From assembly GCF_009914755.1 (NCBI RefSeq), contig NC_060927.1: a DNA stretch of 64,000 nt. One strand, given 5' to 3'. The DNA is from the human T2T-CHM13v2.0 reference genome, Homo sapiens. The translations under genes and the position numbers were made by a program. Positions within the stretch are counted from its first letter, which is position 1. Every line of letters begins with the position of its first letter. Shown one piece after another: positions 43,101 through 58,913 of this stretch. Below the pieces are notes generated by a model. It was not told the origin of the DNA. It worked only from the letters and a program-made list of their open reading frames with translations, and made no database searches.

Positions 43101-45415
43101 AGGTTTGGTACACAGGTAAACATATGCCACCGGGGTTTGTTGTACATATTATTTCATCAGCCAGTTATTAAGCCCAGTACCCAATAGTTACCTTTTCTGC
43201 TCTTTTCCCTCCTCCCACTCTCCCCCCTCAAGTAAACCCCAGTATCTGTTCTTTCCTTCTTTTGTTCATAAGTTCTCATCATTTAGCTCCCACTTTTAAG
43301 TGAGAACATATGGTATTTGGTTTTCTGTTCCTGTGTTAGTTTGCTAAGGATAACAACCTCCAGCTTCATCCATGTTCCACAAAAGACATGTGCCTTTTCT
43401 TTTTTATTGTGGAATAGTATTCCATGGTGCATGTATACCACGTTTTCTTTATTCAATGTGTCACTGATGGGCATTTAGGTTGATTTGGAGTCTTTGCTGT
43501 TATGACTAGTGCTGCAATGAACATTCATGTGCATGTGTCTTTATGGTAGAATGATTTATACACCTCCGGGTATATACCCAGCAATGAGATTGCTGAGTTG
43601 AATGGCAGTTCTGCTTTTAGCTCTTTGAGGAATCGCCATACTGCTTTCCACAATGGTTGAACTAATTTACACTCCCACCAACAGTGTATAACTATTCCCT
43701 TTTCTCTGCAACCTCACTAGCATCTATTATTGTTTTACTTTTTAATCACAGCCATTCTGACAGGTGTGAGATGGTATCTCATTCTGGTTTTGATTTGCAT
43801 TTGTCTGATGATCAGCGATACTGAGCTTTTTTTCATATGATTTTTGGTGGCATGTATGTCTTCTTTTAAAATGTGTCTGCTCATGACCTTTATCCACTTT
43901 TTAATGGGGTTGATTTTTCTCGTAAATTTGTTTAAGTTCCTTATAGGTGCTGGATATTAGACCTTTATCAGATGCATAGTTTCCAAATATTTTCTCCCAT
44001 TCTGTAGATTGTCTATTTACTCTGTTGACAGTTTCTTTTGCTGTGCAGAAGCTCTACAGTTTATTTAGATCTCATTTGTCAATTTTTGCTTTTGTTGCAA
44101 TTGCTTTCAGTGTCTTTGTCATGAAATAGTTGCCCATTCCTATGTCCAGGATGATACTGCCTCGGTTGTCTTACAGGTTTTTTTTTTTATAGTTTTGGGT
44201 TTTACATTTAAGTCTTTAATCTATCTTGAGTTAATTTTTGTATATGGTGTAAGGAAGGGGTCCAGCTTCAATCTTCTGCATATGGCTAGCCAGTTATTCC
44301 AGAACCATTTATTGAATAGGGAGTCTTTTCCCCACTGCTCATTTTTGTCAGCTTTGTCACAGATCAGATGGTCATAGAAGTGTGGCCTTATTTCTGGGCT
44401 CTTTATTCTGTTTTATTGGTCTACGTGCCTGTTTTTGTACCAGTACCATGCTGTTTTGGTCACTATAACCTTGTAGTATAAAGTTGAGTAACATCATGCC
44501 TCCAGCTTCATTCTTTTTGCTTAGGATTGCTGTGGCAATTTGGGCCCTTTTTTGGTTCTATATGAAATTTAAAATAAATTTATCTAGTTCTATAAAGAAT
44601 GTCATTGGTAGTTTGATAGGAATAGCATTGAATCTGTAAATTGCTGTGGACAGTATAGCCATTTTAATGACACTGATTCTTCTTATCCGTGAGCATGGGA
44701 TGTTTCTCCATTTGTTTGTGTCTTCTCTGATTTTTTTGAGCAATATTTTGTAATTTTCATTGTAGAGATCTTTCATCTTCCTGGTTAGCTGTATTCCTAG
44801 GTATTTTATTCTTTTTGTGGCACTTGGAATGGGATTGCCTTTCTCACTTGGCTCTCCATTTGGCTGTTGTTGGAGTAAAGGAATGCTAGTTATTTTTGTA
44901 CACTGATTTTGTATCCTTCAACTTTGCTGAAGTTATTTATCAGCTGGAGGAGCTTTTGGGCCAAGACTATGGAATTTTCTAGATACAGAATCATGTCATC
45001 TGTAAACAGAGATAGTTTGACTTCGTCTCTTCATATTTGGATGCCTTTTATTTCCTTCTCTTGCCTGATTGTTCTGGCTAGGACTTCCAATACTATGTTG
45101 AATAGAAGTGGTAAGAGAGGGCATCCTTGTCTTGTGCTAGTTTTCAAGGGGAATGTTTCTAGGCTTTGCCCATTCAATATAATGTTGGCTGTGGGTTTGT
45201 CATACATGGCTCTTATTTTGAGGTATGTTCCTTCAACACCTAGTTTATTGAAAGTTTTTAACATTAATGAATGTTGAATTTTACGAAAAGCCTTTTCTGC
45301 ATCTATTGAGATAATCATGTGGTTTCTGTCTTTTTATGTGATGAATCACATTTATTGATTTGGGTATGTTGAATCAACCTTGCATCCTGGGAGGAAGCCC
45401 ATTTGATCACAGTAG

Positions 45416-46446
<1,031 letters not shown>

Positions 46447-46948
46447 AAGAATATTGGCCTGACGTTTTTGTTGTTGTTGTTGTGTCTCTGCCAGGTTTTG
46501 GTATCAAGCTGATGATGATTTCATAGAATTAGTTGGGGAGGAGTTCCTCCTCATTTTTTTGGAATTGTTTCTGTAGGAATGGTACCAGCTCTTCTTTGTA
46601 CATCTGGTAGAATTCAGCTGTGAAACTATCAGATCCCAGGCTTTTTTTGGTTCACAGGCTATTTAGTACTCATTCAATTCTGGGACTTGTTATTGGTCTG
46701 TTCAGGGAATCAGTTTTTCCCCACTCAGTTGTGGGTGGGTATATCTATCTCTTTTCTAATGTGTGTATGTAGAGGTGTTTGTAGAAGCTTCTGATGGTTG
46801 TTTTTATTTCTGTGGGGTCAGTAGTAACATTCCCTTCATCATTTCTAATTGTGTTTATTGGGATATTTTTTCTTCTTTATTAATCTAGCTAATGGCCTAT
46901 TTTATTATTTTTTTCAAAAAAATCAACCCTTGAATTCATTGATCTTTT

Positions 46949-48268
46949 TTTTATTATTATACTTTAAGTTCTGGGGTATGTGTGCAGAACATGCAGGTTT
47001 GTTACATAGGTATACACGTGCCATGGTGGTTTGCTCCACCCATCAATCCATCACCTACATTAGGTATTTCTCCTAATGCTATCCGTCCCTTAGCCCCCCA
47101 ACCCCTGACAGGCTGGTGTGTGATGTTCCCCTCCCTGTGTCCATGTGTTCTCATTGTTCAACTCCCACTTAGGAGTGAGAACATGTGGTGCTTTGTTTTC
47201 CATAGTTGTGATAGTTTGCTGAGAATGATGGTTTCCAGCTTCATCCATGTCCCTGCAAAGGACATGAACTCATCCTTTTTCATGGCTACATAGTATTCCA
47301 TGGTGTATATGTGCCACATTTTGTTTATCCAGTCTATCATTGATGGGCTTTTGGGTTGGTTCCAAGTCTTTGCTATTGTGAACAGTGCTGCAATAAACAT
47401 ATGTGTGCAAGTGTCTTTATAGTAGCATGATTTATAATCCTCTGGGTATATATCCAATAATGGGATTGCTGGGTCAAATGGTATTTCTAGTTCTAGATCC
47501 TTGAGGAATCACTACACCATCTTCCACAATGGTTGAACCAATTTACACTCCCACCAACAGCGTAAAAGCGTTCCTATTTCTCCACATCCTCTCTAGCATC
47601 TGTTGTTTCCTGACTTTTTAATGATCACCATTCTAACTGGCATGTGATGGTATGTCATTGTGGTTTTGATTTGCATTTCTCTAAGGACCAGTGATGAGCA
47701 TTTTTTCATATGTTTGTTTGCTACATAAATGACTTCTTTTGAGAAGTGCCTGTTCATATCCTTTGCCCACTTTCTGATGGGGTTGTTTGGTTTTTTTCTT
47801 ACAAATTTGTTTAAGTTGTTTGTAGATTCTGGATATTAGCCCTTTGTCAGATGGATAGATTGCAAAAATTATCTCCCATTCTCTAGGTTGCCTGTTCGCT
47901 CTGATGATAGTTTCTTTTGCTCTGCAGAAGCTCTTTAGTTTAATTAGATCCCATTTGTCAACTTTGGCTTTTGTTACCATTGATTTTGGTGTTTTAGACA
48001 TGAAGTCTTTGCTCATGTCTGTTTCCTGAATGGTATTGCCTAGGTTTTCTTCTAGGATCTTTATGGTTTTAGGTCTTACATTTAAGTCTTTAATCCATCT
48101 TGAGTTGATTTGTGTATAAGGTATAAGGAAGGGGTCCAGTTTCAGTTTTCTACACATGGCTAGCCAGTTTTCCCAACACAATTAATTAAATAGGGAATCT
48201 TTTCCCCATTGCTTGTTTGTGTCAGGTTTGTCAAAGATCAGATGGTTGTAGGTGTGTGTGGTGTCACC
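46949..48268 (-). mobile_element. 5'-truncated L1PA7-like 3' end
   Basis: ttattatactttaagttctgggg...; TSD gatctttt (46941-46948, 48269-48276). Confidence 0.92.
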
Positions 48269-51200
48269 GATCTTTTGAATGTTTTTTTCTGTCTCAATTT
48301 TCTTCAGTTCAGCTCTGATTTTTGTTATTTCTCATTTTCTGCTAGCTTTGTGATTTGTTCTTGCTTCTCTAATTCTTTCAGTTGTCAAGTTAAGTGGTTA
48401 ATTTGTTATCTTTCTAACTTTTTGATGTGGACATTTAGTGCTATGAGTTCTCCTATTAACACTGCCTTAGCTGTGTCCCAGAAATTCTGGTATGTTGTAT
48501 TTTTGTTTTCATTATTTGCAAAGAACTTCTTGATTTCTGCCTTAATTTCATTATTTACCCAAATGTCATTTAGGAGCATGTTGTTTAATTTTCATGTAAT
48601 TACATGATTTTGAGCAATTTTCACAGTCTTGACTTCCATTTTTATTATGCTGTGGTCCAAGACTATGTCTGGTATGATTTTGGTTCTTTTACATTTGTTG
48701 AGATTGTTTTATATCCAATTATGTGGTTGATTTTAGAGTATGTGCCATGTGATGATGAGAAGAATGTATATTCAATTGTTTTGGGGTGGAGAGTTCTGTA
48801 GATATCAGATCCATTTAACCCAATGTTAAGTTTAGGTCCTGAATATCTTTACTTTTCTCCCTCAGTGATCTGTCCAATACTGTCAGTGGAGTGTTGAAGT
48901 CTCCCACTATTATTATGTGAGACTGTATGTCTCTTTGTAGGTCTCCAAGAACTTGCTTTATGAATCTGGGTGCATATGAATCTGTGTTGGGTGCATGTAT
49001 ATTTATGATAGTTAGGTCTTATTGAATTGAACCATCTATGATTATCTAATCCTCTTTTTTCTTTGTTGGTTTGAAATCTGTTTTGTCTGAAATTAGTATT
49101 ACAACCCCTGCTTTTTTCTGTTTTCCATTTGCTTGGTAGATTTTCCTCCATCCCTTCATTTTGGGCCTAGGAGTGTCATTACATGTGATATGAGTCTCTT
49201 GAAGACAGCATTTACAATTGGCTCTTGCTTTTTTACAATTGGCTCTTGCTTTTTTATCCATCTTGCTACTCTGTGCCTTTTAAGTGGGGCATTTAACCTG
49301 TTTATATTCAAGGTTAGTATTGGTATGTGTGGATTTGATTCTGTCAATGTGCTGTTAGCTGGTTATTATGTTGGCTTGTTTGTGTGGTTGCTTTACAGTG
49401 TCACTAAGTCTGTGTGTTTTTATATTAGCTGATAGAGTTCTTTTCTTTCTATATTAGTGCTCCTTTCAAGATCTCTTGTAAGGTAATTAATTCCCTCAAC
49501 ATTTGCCTATCTGAAAAGGATCTTATTTTTCCTTTATTTAGGAAGCTTAGTTTGGCTGAATATGTAATTCTTGAAGATTTTTTTAAGAATGTTGAAGATA
49601 GGCCCTCAATTTCTTCTGGCTTGTAGGGTTTCAGCTGAGAGGTAAGCTGTTATCCTGATGGAGTTCCCTTTGTATGTGACCAGTCCTTTCTCTCTAGTTG
49701 CCTGTAACATATTTTTTTCATTTTGATCTTGGAAAATCTGATAATTATGTGTCTTGGGGATGATCTTGTGTAGAGTCTTGCAGGAGTTCTCTGTATTTCC
49801 TGAATTTGACTGTTGGCCTCTCTAGCAAGGCTGAAGAAGTTTTCATGGATGATATTCTGAAATATGTTTTCCAAGTTGTTTGCTTTCTCCTCCTCTCTTT
49901 CAGGGATGCCAGTGATTCATAGATTTGGCCTCTTTACATAATCCCATACTTCTTGGAGGTTTTGCTTATTCTTTTTTTCTTTATTTTTGTCTGGCTGCCT
50001 TATTTCAGAGCACCAGTCTTCAAGTTCTGAGATTCTTTCCTCAGTTTAGTTTATTCTACTGTTAATACTTGTGAATGCATTGTGAAATTCTTGTATTGTG
50101 TTATTCAGCTCTGTCAGACCTGTTAGTTTCTTTTTTATACTGACTACTTCATTCTTCAGCTCCTGTATTGCTTTATTGTGATTCTTATTTTCCTTGAATT
50201 GGGTTTTCCTATCGTCCTGAATCCTGATGATCTTAGTTGTTATTTATATTCTGAATTCTATTTCTGTCATTCTAGCCAGTTCAGCTTGGTTAAGAACTCC
50301 TGTTGGAGAATTGGCACAATTATTTGGAGGACAAATGATAGATACTCTGGCCATCTGAGTTACCAGAGTTCTTGCACTGGTTCTTTCTCATCTCTGCATG
50401 TGGGTGTTTTTTTTAACTGCAGAGTAGATTGAGTACAGTCAATACACTTATTTTCCAGATGTCTTGACTGGGCCAAGACTTTGTGCAGGATCTTTATTTG
50501 AAGCTGGTTTCTGTCTCTGGATTCAAAGGAAGATATGTTAGTGAGGCATTTTTGGTGTTGAAGGTTTAGGGTGCGATTCAGCAGGTGGAACTTAGGTTTA
50601 TTGGTCAGTTGGTAGACTCTTACTTGGTTGTGTGGCTCCCTTATGTTCTGTCACAGTTGCAACCATGTTCCCTGCCAAAGCTTTGAAAGTGTGGGTTCCT
50701 CTCTCCCTTGAGTGATGGCTATAGATTGTAACTGGGCATTCCTGGGCTGCCCACTGCAGCTCTGAGATGATCTCCGTGTTTGTGTCCCTTCCCCAACTTG
50801 GAGGTAGTAGAGAAAGGGATCTTAGTAGTGGCTGTGTCCAAGGGTCATTTGCGTGTCTCCTGGCAGCTCATACCCCAGAGAGATGCAGGCCAGCAATCAC
50901 TCAGTGCAATCAGCCTAGGATGGAGGGTCTGTTCTATGGGCCCAAGCCAGGGGTTTCCTGTCTTGTGATGAGCAGTAGGGGGCAGGGGGAACCCTTGGGA
51001 GAGAGACTGGACACTTCTCCTTGGGTTGACTGCAGCTTGTTGGAGGTATGGATAAGGCACTTAGGGTCTTTGGTCCTTCATTAGTACAAGGGTGGCAAGG
51101 GCAGTTCCACTGCCAGGCTTTCAGTTGCCCCTGGAGGCTCTCTGTCTGGGGAGTTGCCAAGTTGCTATTGGCTCAATAGCTCTGGTGAGGGGTGGCTGGA

Positions 51201-51889
51201 GGCCCAGGCCTGGAGGACCTGCCTTGTGAAGAGATACGGGAACGAGCACCCATGTAACAATCTGGCCACTTTTCCATAGAGCTGCTGTAGTATGCTTGGG
51301 GCCCATTCCATTCCCTGTTACCACAGAGGCAAGTTAGTGCTTTCTTTGTAATTAGACTATATCTGATATCTGTACAATATCTTCAGTTCTTCTTTACCAG
51401 GGGTCTTACTCTGTTCTGAAACATGGTATCTCAGGCAGCTCCAGCACCACTGGACACAGGAAACTCCTGGGTCTCTGACTCTAGCTCTCCTCAACCCCTT
51501 CTCTCATGTGCATTTGAAAAGATGGTCTGTTGTCTGTTACTAGGATTCAGAAGTATTCATTATATTCTTTAGATTTACAATCTTACAAATGTTTGTACAG
51601 TTGATCAGTCTTTGATTGAAGAGCTGTATTAAAGTCTTTAATTTTTTTATAGGTGAGTTAAGCCTATTTATGTTGTTTGATTTGAGCAGTATTGTTGGCT
51701 TTACTTCTATCATATTATTTTATATTGTACTTTTATTTTTACTATATATACAAAGACTATATTTAAGCTATATGCTCTATTTATGTTCTCCATTTTAGAT
51801 ATTTTTCCATTTAAAAATTATTTGTTTAATGGTTACTATACCAGATTAAAGATAGTGAAAAAAAATTCTACTCTTATATTGAGAAATAA

Positions 51890-52200
51890 AGTCTATAAAG
51901 TCTAATTCTTCCCCTTAAATCTTGTCTGGCTTTAGTAACTGCTTGATCAATAGAATGCAGCAGAAATGGTGTTGTAAGACATCAATATTAGGTCATAAAA
52001 TGCCTAGTATCTGTCACACAGATCCCTTAAAACATTTTCCCTGAGAGCCTGAGCTGCCATATAAGAAGTTTGATTACTTGAGGCCACCAAACTAAAGAGA
52101 CCATGGCAGTCTTAGCTGAACCCAGTCTTTGAATGAACTCTGCCAAAGTGGCAGACATGTGAGAAAAGCCAACTTGAATGTTTCAGAGTAGAAGACTTCT
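51890..52200 (+). mobile_element. MLT1-like LTR fragment
   Basis: aactgcttgatcaatagaatgcagcagaa...gagctgccatataagaagt...gcagacatgtgag. Confidence 0.6.
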
Positions 52201-52419
52201 TAGTTCCAAGTCATTAAACAAATCTATGTCCAATCATTAGCTGACCATTAAGTTAACAGAATAGAGATTTCAGTGACCACACATAAAAAGAATACAGACC
52301 TTACAGAATTTGTTCAGAAAGTTACCTAGCAAACCAAAACTATAAGCAGCAACAACTAACCCTGGGGAAGGCAGAGTTTGAATTCCAGAATTCAGATTAT
52401 TATCTTTGAAATGTCTGGC

Positions 52420-52827
52420 TTATTACTCTGTTTTTGTATTACTATAAATATATACCTGAGACTGGGTAATTATTAAAAAAAAATTCGCTCATCGTTCTGC
52501 AGGCTGTACAAGAAATACAGTGACTTCTGCTTCTGGGGAGGCCTCAGGAAACTTACAATCATGGTGTAAGGTGAAGGGAGACCCAAGATTTCACATGGCC
52601 AGAACAGGAGGAAGAGAGAGTAGGGGGAGGTAATAAATACTTTTAAACAACCAGATTTCATGAGAACTCTCTCACTAACACAAGAACAGCACCAAAGGGG
52701 ATGGTGTTAAGCCATTCCTGAGAAACTGCTCCCATGATCCAATCACATCCCACCAGGTCCCACCTGCAACACTGGGGATTACAATTCAACATGAGATTTG
52801 GCTAGGTACACAGAACCAAACCATATC
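52420..52827 (-). mobile_element. MSTA-like MaLR solo LTR
   Basis: atacctgagactgggtaatt; gcctcaggaaacttacaatcatgg; aattcaacatgagatttgg...ccaaaccatatca. Confidence 0.9.
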
Positions 52828-52829
52828 AT

Positions 52830-53770
<941 letters not shown>

Positions 53771-54569
53771 ACAGGGAGGCAGAGCAAGATGGCCAAAGAG
53801 AAATTTCCATCAATCATCCCCTGCCCGGGAACACCAAATTGAACCACTATTCACACACACAAAAAAACCACTTTCATAAAATCCAAAACTCAGGTGAGCA
53901 ATCACAGTACCTGTTTTTAACATCATAGTAAGAAAAGAGGCACTGAAGGGGGTAGAAAACATAGTCTTGAATCACCTGCAACACACCCCTCTCTCATTCC
54001 CTGGCGGCAGCTGCGTGGCACACAGAGAGAATGTATGTGCTTGGGGGAGGGAGAGCAAAGTGATTGTGGGATTTTGCATTGGAACTCAGTGCTGTCCTGT
54101 CACAGCAGAAAGCAACACAGGGCAGAACTCAGTGGCACCCACAGAAGGATCATTTAGATAAGCCATAGCCAGAGGCAGATTGTCTATCCCAGCAGTTGAA
54201 ACCTAAGTACTGGCAAGCCCCTCTACTGTTAGATAAGGTTCTCTGGGGTCCTAACTAAACTTGAAAGGCAATCTAGGCCACAAGGTCTGCAATTCCTGGG
54301 CAAGTCCTGGTGCTGTGCTGGGATTAAAGCCATTGGACTTGGGGTGCACATGACCTAGTGAGACACCAGCTAGGGTGACCAAGGGCTTGTGTCACCCCTC
54401 CCCGACCCTAGACAGCTCAGCTCACAGCTCTGGGAGAAACTCCTTTCTTCTGCTTGAGGAGAGGAGAAAAGACAGTAAAGAGGACTTTGTCTTGCAGCGT
54501 GAATACCAGCTCAACCACAGTAGAGCAGGGCACCAGGAGGGGTTGGGAGGCCACTATTCCAGGCCCTAG

Positions 54570-56120
54570 TGAGAGGTGACAGCGTGCTGGCAGCCCTCGC
54601 AGCCCTCACTCACTCTCGGTGCCTCCTCGGCCTCAGCGCCTATTCTGGCCGCGCTTGAGGAGCCCTTCAGCCTGCCACTGCACCGTGGGAGCCCTTCTCT
54701 GGGCTGGCCGAGGCCGGAGCTGGCTCCCTTGGCTTGCAGGGAGGTGTGGAGGGAGAGGCGCGGGTGGGAACCGGGGCTTTGTGTGGTGCTTGTGGGCCAG
54801 CGTGAGTTCCGGGTGGGTGTGGGCTCGGCGGGCCCTGCACTGGGAGCAGCCGGCCGGCCCCGCCGGCCCAGGCAGTGAGGGGCTTAGCACCTGGGCCAGC
54901 AGCTGCTGCACTCGATTTCTCGCCGGGCCTTAGCTGCCTCCTCATGGGGCAGGGCTCATGACCTACAGCCCACCATGCCTGAGCCTCCCCCCACCACTCC
55001 CGCCCCACCATGGGCTCCTGTGCGGCTGGAGCACCCCCAACAAGCACTGCCCCCTGCTCCACAGGGTCCAGTCCCATCGACCACCCAAGGGCTGAGGAGT
55101 GTGGGCGCACAGCACGGGACTGGCAGGCAGCTCCACCTGTGGCCCTGGTGTGGGATCCACTGGGTGAAGCCAGCTGGGCTCCTGAGTCTGGTGGGGACTT
55201 GGAGAATCTTTATGTCTAGCTAAGGGATTGTAAATACACCAATCAGCACTCTGTATCTAGCTCAAGGTTTGTAAACACACCAATCAGCACCCTGTGTCTA
55301 GCTCAGGGTTTGTGAATGCACCAATCGGCACTCTGTATCTAGTTAATCTGGCGGGGACTTGGAGAACCTTTATGTCTAGCTAAGGGATTGTGAATGCACC
55401 AATCAGCACTCTGTATCTAGCTCAAGGTTTGTAAATGCATCAATCAGCACTCTGTGTCTAGCTCAGGGTTTGTAAATACACCAATCAACACTCTTTATCT
55501 AGCTAATCTAGTGGGGACGTGGAGAACTTTTGTGTCTAGCTCAGGGATAGTAAACGCACCAATCAGCATCCTGTCAAAATGGACCGATCAGCTCTCTGTA
55601 AAACAGACCAATCGGCTCTCTGTAAAATGGACCAATCAGCAGGTCAGCAGGATGTGGGTGGGGCCAGATAAGAGAATAAAAGCAGGCTGCCAGAGCCAGC
55701 AGTGGCAACCCGCTCGGGTCCCCTTCCACACTGTGGAAGCTTTGTTCTTTCGCTCTTTGCAATAAATCTCGCTGCTGCTTACTCTTTGGGTCCATACTGC
55801 CTTTATGAGCTGTAACACTCACTGCGAAGGTCTGCAGCTTCACTCCTGAAGCCAGCGAGACCATGAACCCCCCGGGAGGAATGAACAACTCCAGATATGC
55901 CACCTTAAGAGCTGTAACACTCACCGCAAAGGTCTGCATCTTCATTCCTGAGCCAGCGAGACCACAAACCCACCAGAAGGAAGAAACTCCGAACACATCC
56001 GAACATCAGAAGGAACAAACTCCGGACACGCCACCTTTAAGAACTGTAACACTCACCACGAGGGTCCACGGCTTCATTCTTGAAGTCAGTGAGACCAAGA
56101 ACCCACCAATTCCAGACACA
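54570..56120 (+). mobile_element. Solo LTR12 (C/D/E group; HERV9)
   Basis: TG...CA ends (tgagaggtgacagcgtgctggc ... ccaattccagacaca); 4-bp TSD ctag (54566-54569, 56121-56124). Confidence 0.97.
55200..55690 (+). promoter_or_regulatory. LTR12 U3 enhancer/promoter: tandem CCAAT (NF-Y) repeats and AATAAA TATA-like box at 55675
   Basis: Repeated accaatcagcact/cctgt(a/g)tctagct units; gataagagaataaaagc. LTR12 NF-Y promoter activity is established for the family but not shown for this copy. Confidence 0.7.
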
Positions 56121-58230
56121 CTAGCTTCCAGAGGACATTTCTAGACACACTTTGGGCCAGAAGGGACCCACTGCCTTGAAGTTAAGAACCCAGTCCTGGA
56201 AGGATTCATCATCTGCTAAATAAAGTACCCTTGGGCCCGAAATAACCAACAGCGGTAGACAGGCTGTACTCACCTTGATGAGTACTGGGTCTCACCTTTG
56301 GTCAGAGTCAGTGCCATGCTGGCTTTAGTTGTGGTCCAGCATATTCCCAGCTGTGATGTTTAGGGTGAGAGGCTTCTTATGCTTGAGGAAAGGAGAGAAA
56401 AGATTGAAGGAGACTTTGCCTTGCAGCATAATATCAGCTAAGCCACAGTGGAGTAGAGCACCCAGTGGGATCCTGCAGTCCTCGATTCAAGGCCTTGGCT
56501 CCTGGACAGTATTTCTGAACCTGCCCTGGGCCAGAGGGGAGCCCAATTCTCTGAAGGAAGAGACATAGGCCTGGCTGCATTCATCACAGGCCAACTAAAG
56601 AGCCTCTGGGATGTGAGTGAACATCAGCAGTTGCCAGGCAGTGCTCACCGTGGGCCTGTGGTGGTGGTGGCTATGCAGAGAGACTTCTCTGCTTGAGGAA
56701 AGAATGGGAAGGACTTGGTCTTGCAGCTTGGGTGCCAGCTCAGTAATAGTAGAATAGAGTACTAGCTAGATTCCTAAGGTTCCTGACTCCAGGTCCTAGC
56801 TCCTGAACAGCACCTGTGGGTCTACCTTGGGCCAGGGAAACTTATGTCTTGAAGGGAAAGACGCAAGCCTGGCTGGATTTGCCATCTGCTTACTGTAGAG
56901 CCCATGGGCATTAAGTGAACGTAAGTGGTAGCCATGCAGTGGTCTCTGTAAGTTTTGGATGAGCCCCAGTGCTGTGATGCCTTTGAGTCTAACCTGGCAC
57001 GGTCCCAGTGGTGGTGGCCACAGGGGTGTCTGTATCACCCCACAACCAAGTCCATGAAGCTCATCATGGAGAGAGAGACTTTGTTTGGGAGAAAGTAGGA
57101 GAAGAGAACAAGAGTCTCTGCCTAGCAATTGAGGGATTTCTACTGGATCTTACCCAAGACCCCAAGATGGTACCTATATGAATCTGCAAGAGCCACAGTG
57201 TTACTGGGCTTGGGGCATCCCCTAATGCAGATCTGGCAGTAGTAACCAAAGACTTAGATCACAACACCCAAATCCTTTTGAATACTTGGAAAGCTTTCTC
57301 AAGAAGGATGGGTACAAACAAGCCCAGAAGGCAAAGACTATAATAACTAACTCTTCAATGCCCAGACACCAATGAACATCCACAAACATCAAAACCATCT
57401 GGAAAAACATGACCTCACCAAATGAACTAAATAAAGCACTAGTGAACAATTTCAGAGAAACAGAGATATGTGACCTCAGACAGAGAATTCAGAATAGCTG
57501 TTCTGAGGAAACTGAATGAAATTCAAGATAACAGAGAGAAGAAATTCAGAATCCTATCAGATAACTTTAACAAAGAGATTGAAATAATTTAAAAGACTCA
57601 AGCAGAAATTCTGGAGCTGAAAAATGCAATTGACATATAGAAGAATGCGTCAGAATCTCTTAACAGCAGAATCGATCAAGAAAAAGAAATGATTCATGAT
57701 CTTGAAGACAGGCTATTTGAAAATACACAGTTGGCGGAGACAAAAGAAGAAAGAATAAGAAAAATGAAGGACGCCTACAAGATCTAGAAAATAGCCTCAA
57801 AAGGGCAAATCTAAGAATTATTGGCCTTAAAAAGAAGGTAGAGGGAGAAATAAGAGTAGAAAGGTTTTTCAAAATAATAATAAAAGAGAACTTCCTGAAC
57901 CTAAAGAAAGATATAAATATTTAAGTACAAAAAGATTATAAAACATCAAGCAGATTTAACCCAAACAAGACTACCCAAAGACGTTGAATAATCAAACTCC
58001 CAAAAGTCAAAGGTAAAGAAATGATCCTAAAAGCAGCAAGAGAAATCAAACAAATGATATACAAAGGAGCTCCAATATGTCTAGCAGCAAACTCCTCAGT
58101 GGAAAACTTACAGGCTAGTAGAGAGTGGCATGACTATTTCAAGTGCTGAAGGAAAAATATCTTATTCTAGAATAGTATATCTGGCAAAAGTATCCTTCAA
58201 ACATGAAGGAGAAATAAAAACAAACAAAAG

Positions 58231-58586
<356 letters not shown>

Positions 58587-58913
58587 CTACAAAAAAAATG
58601 CTAAAGGGAGTTCTTCAATCTGAAAGAAAAGGACATTAATGAGCAATAAGAAATCATCTGAAGGTACAAAACTCACTAAATATATAGAAAAATAGAATAT
58701 TATAACACCATAACTGTGATATATAAGATACTCATATCTTGAGTAGTAAGACTAAAAGATGAACCAATCAAAAATAATAACTACAAAAACTTTAAGAAAT
58801 AGTAAAATAAAATATAATTAGAAACAACAGTGGAATGAATTTAAAGAGTTGTATCAGTTTTCTCTTTGGCTTTCTTATGCATTCATTATTAATTTGTCAT
58901 CAGTTTAAAATTT

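Noticed and set aside
49212-49256. 21-bp tandem duplication (KKQEPIV x2) in L1 ORF2
   Set aside because: Ordinary local slippage in a dead element.
54576-56144. Dense overlapping GC-rich ORFs
   Set aside because: All lie within LTR12; stop-poor because of GC content, not genes.
54500-56850. Recurring ~250-300-bp blocks (ccaggccctagctcctg...) around the LTR12
   Set aside because: Internal repeats expected in L1MA-type 5'UTRs.
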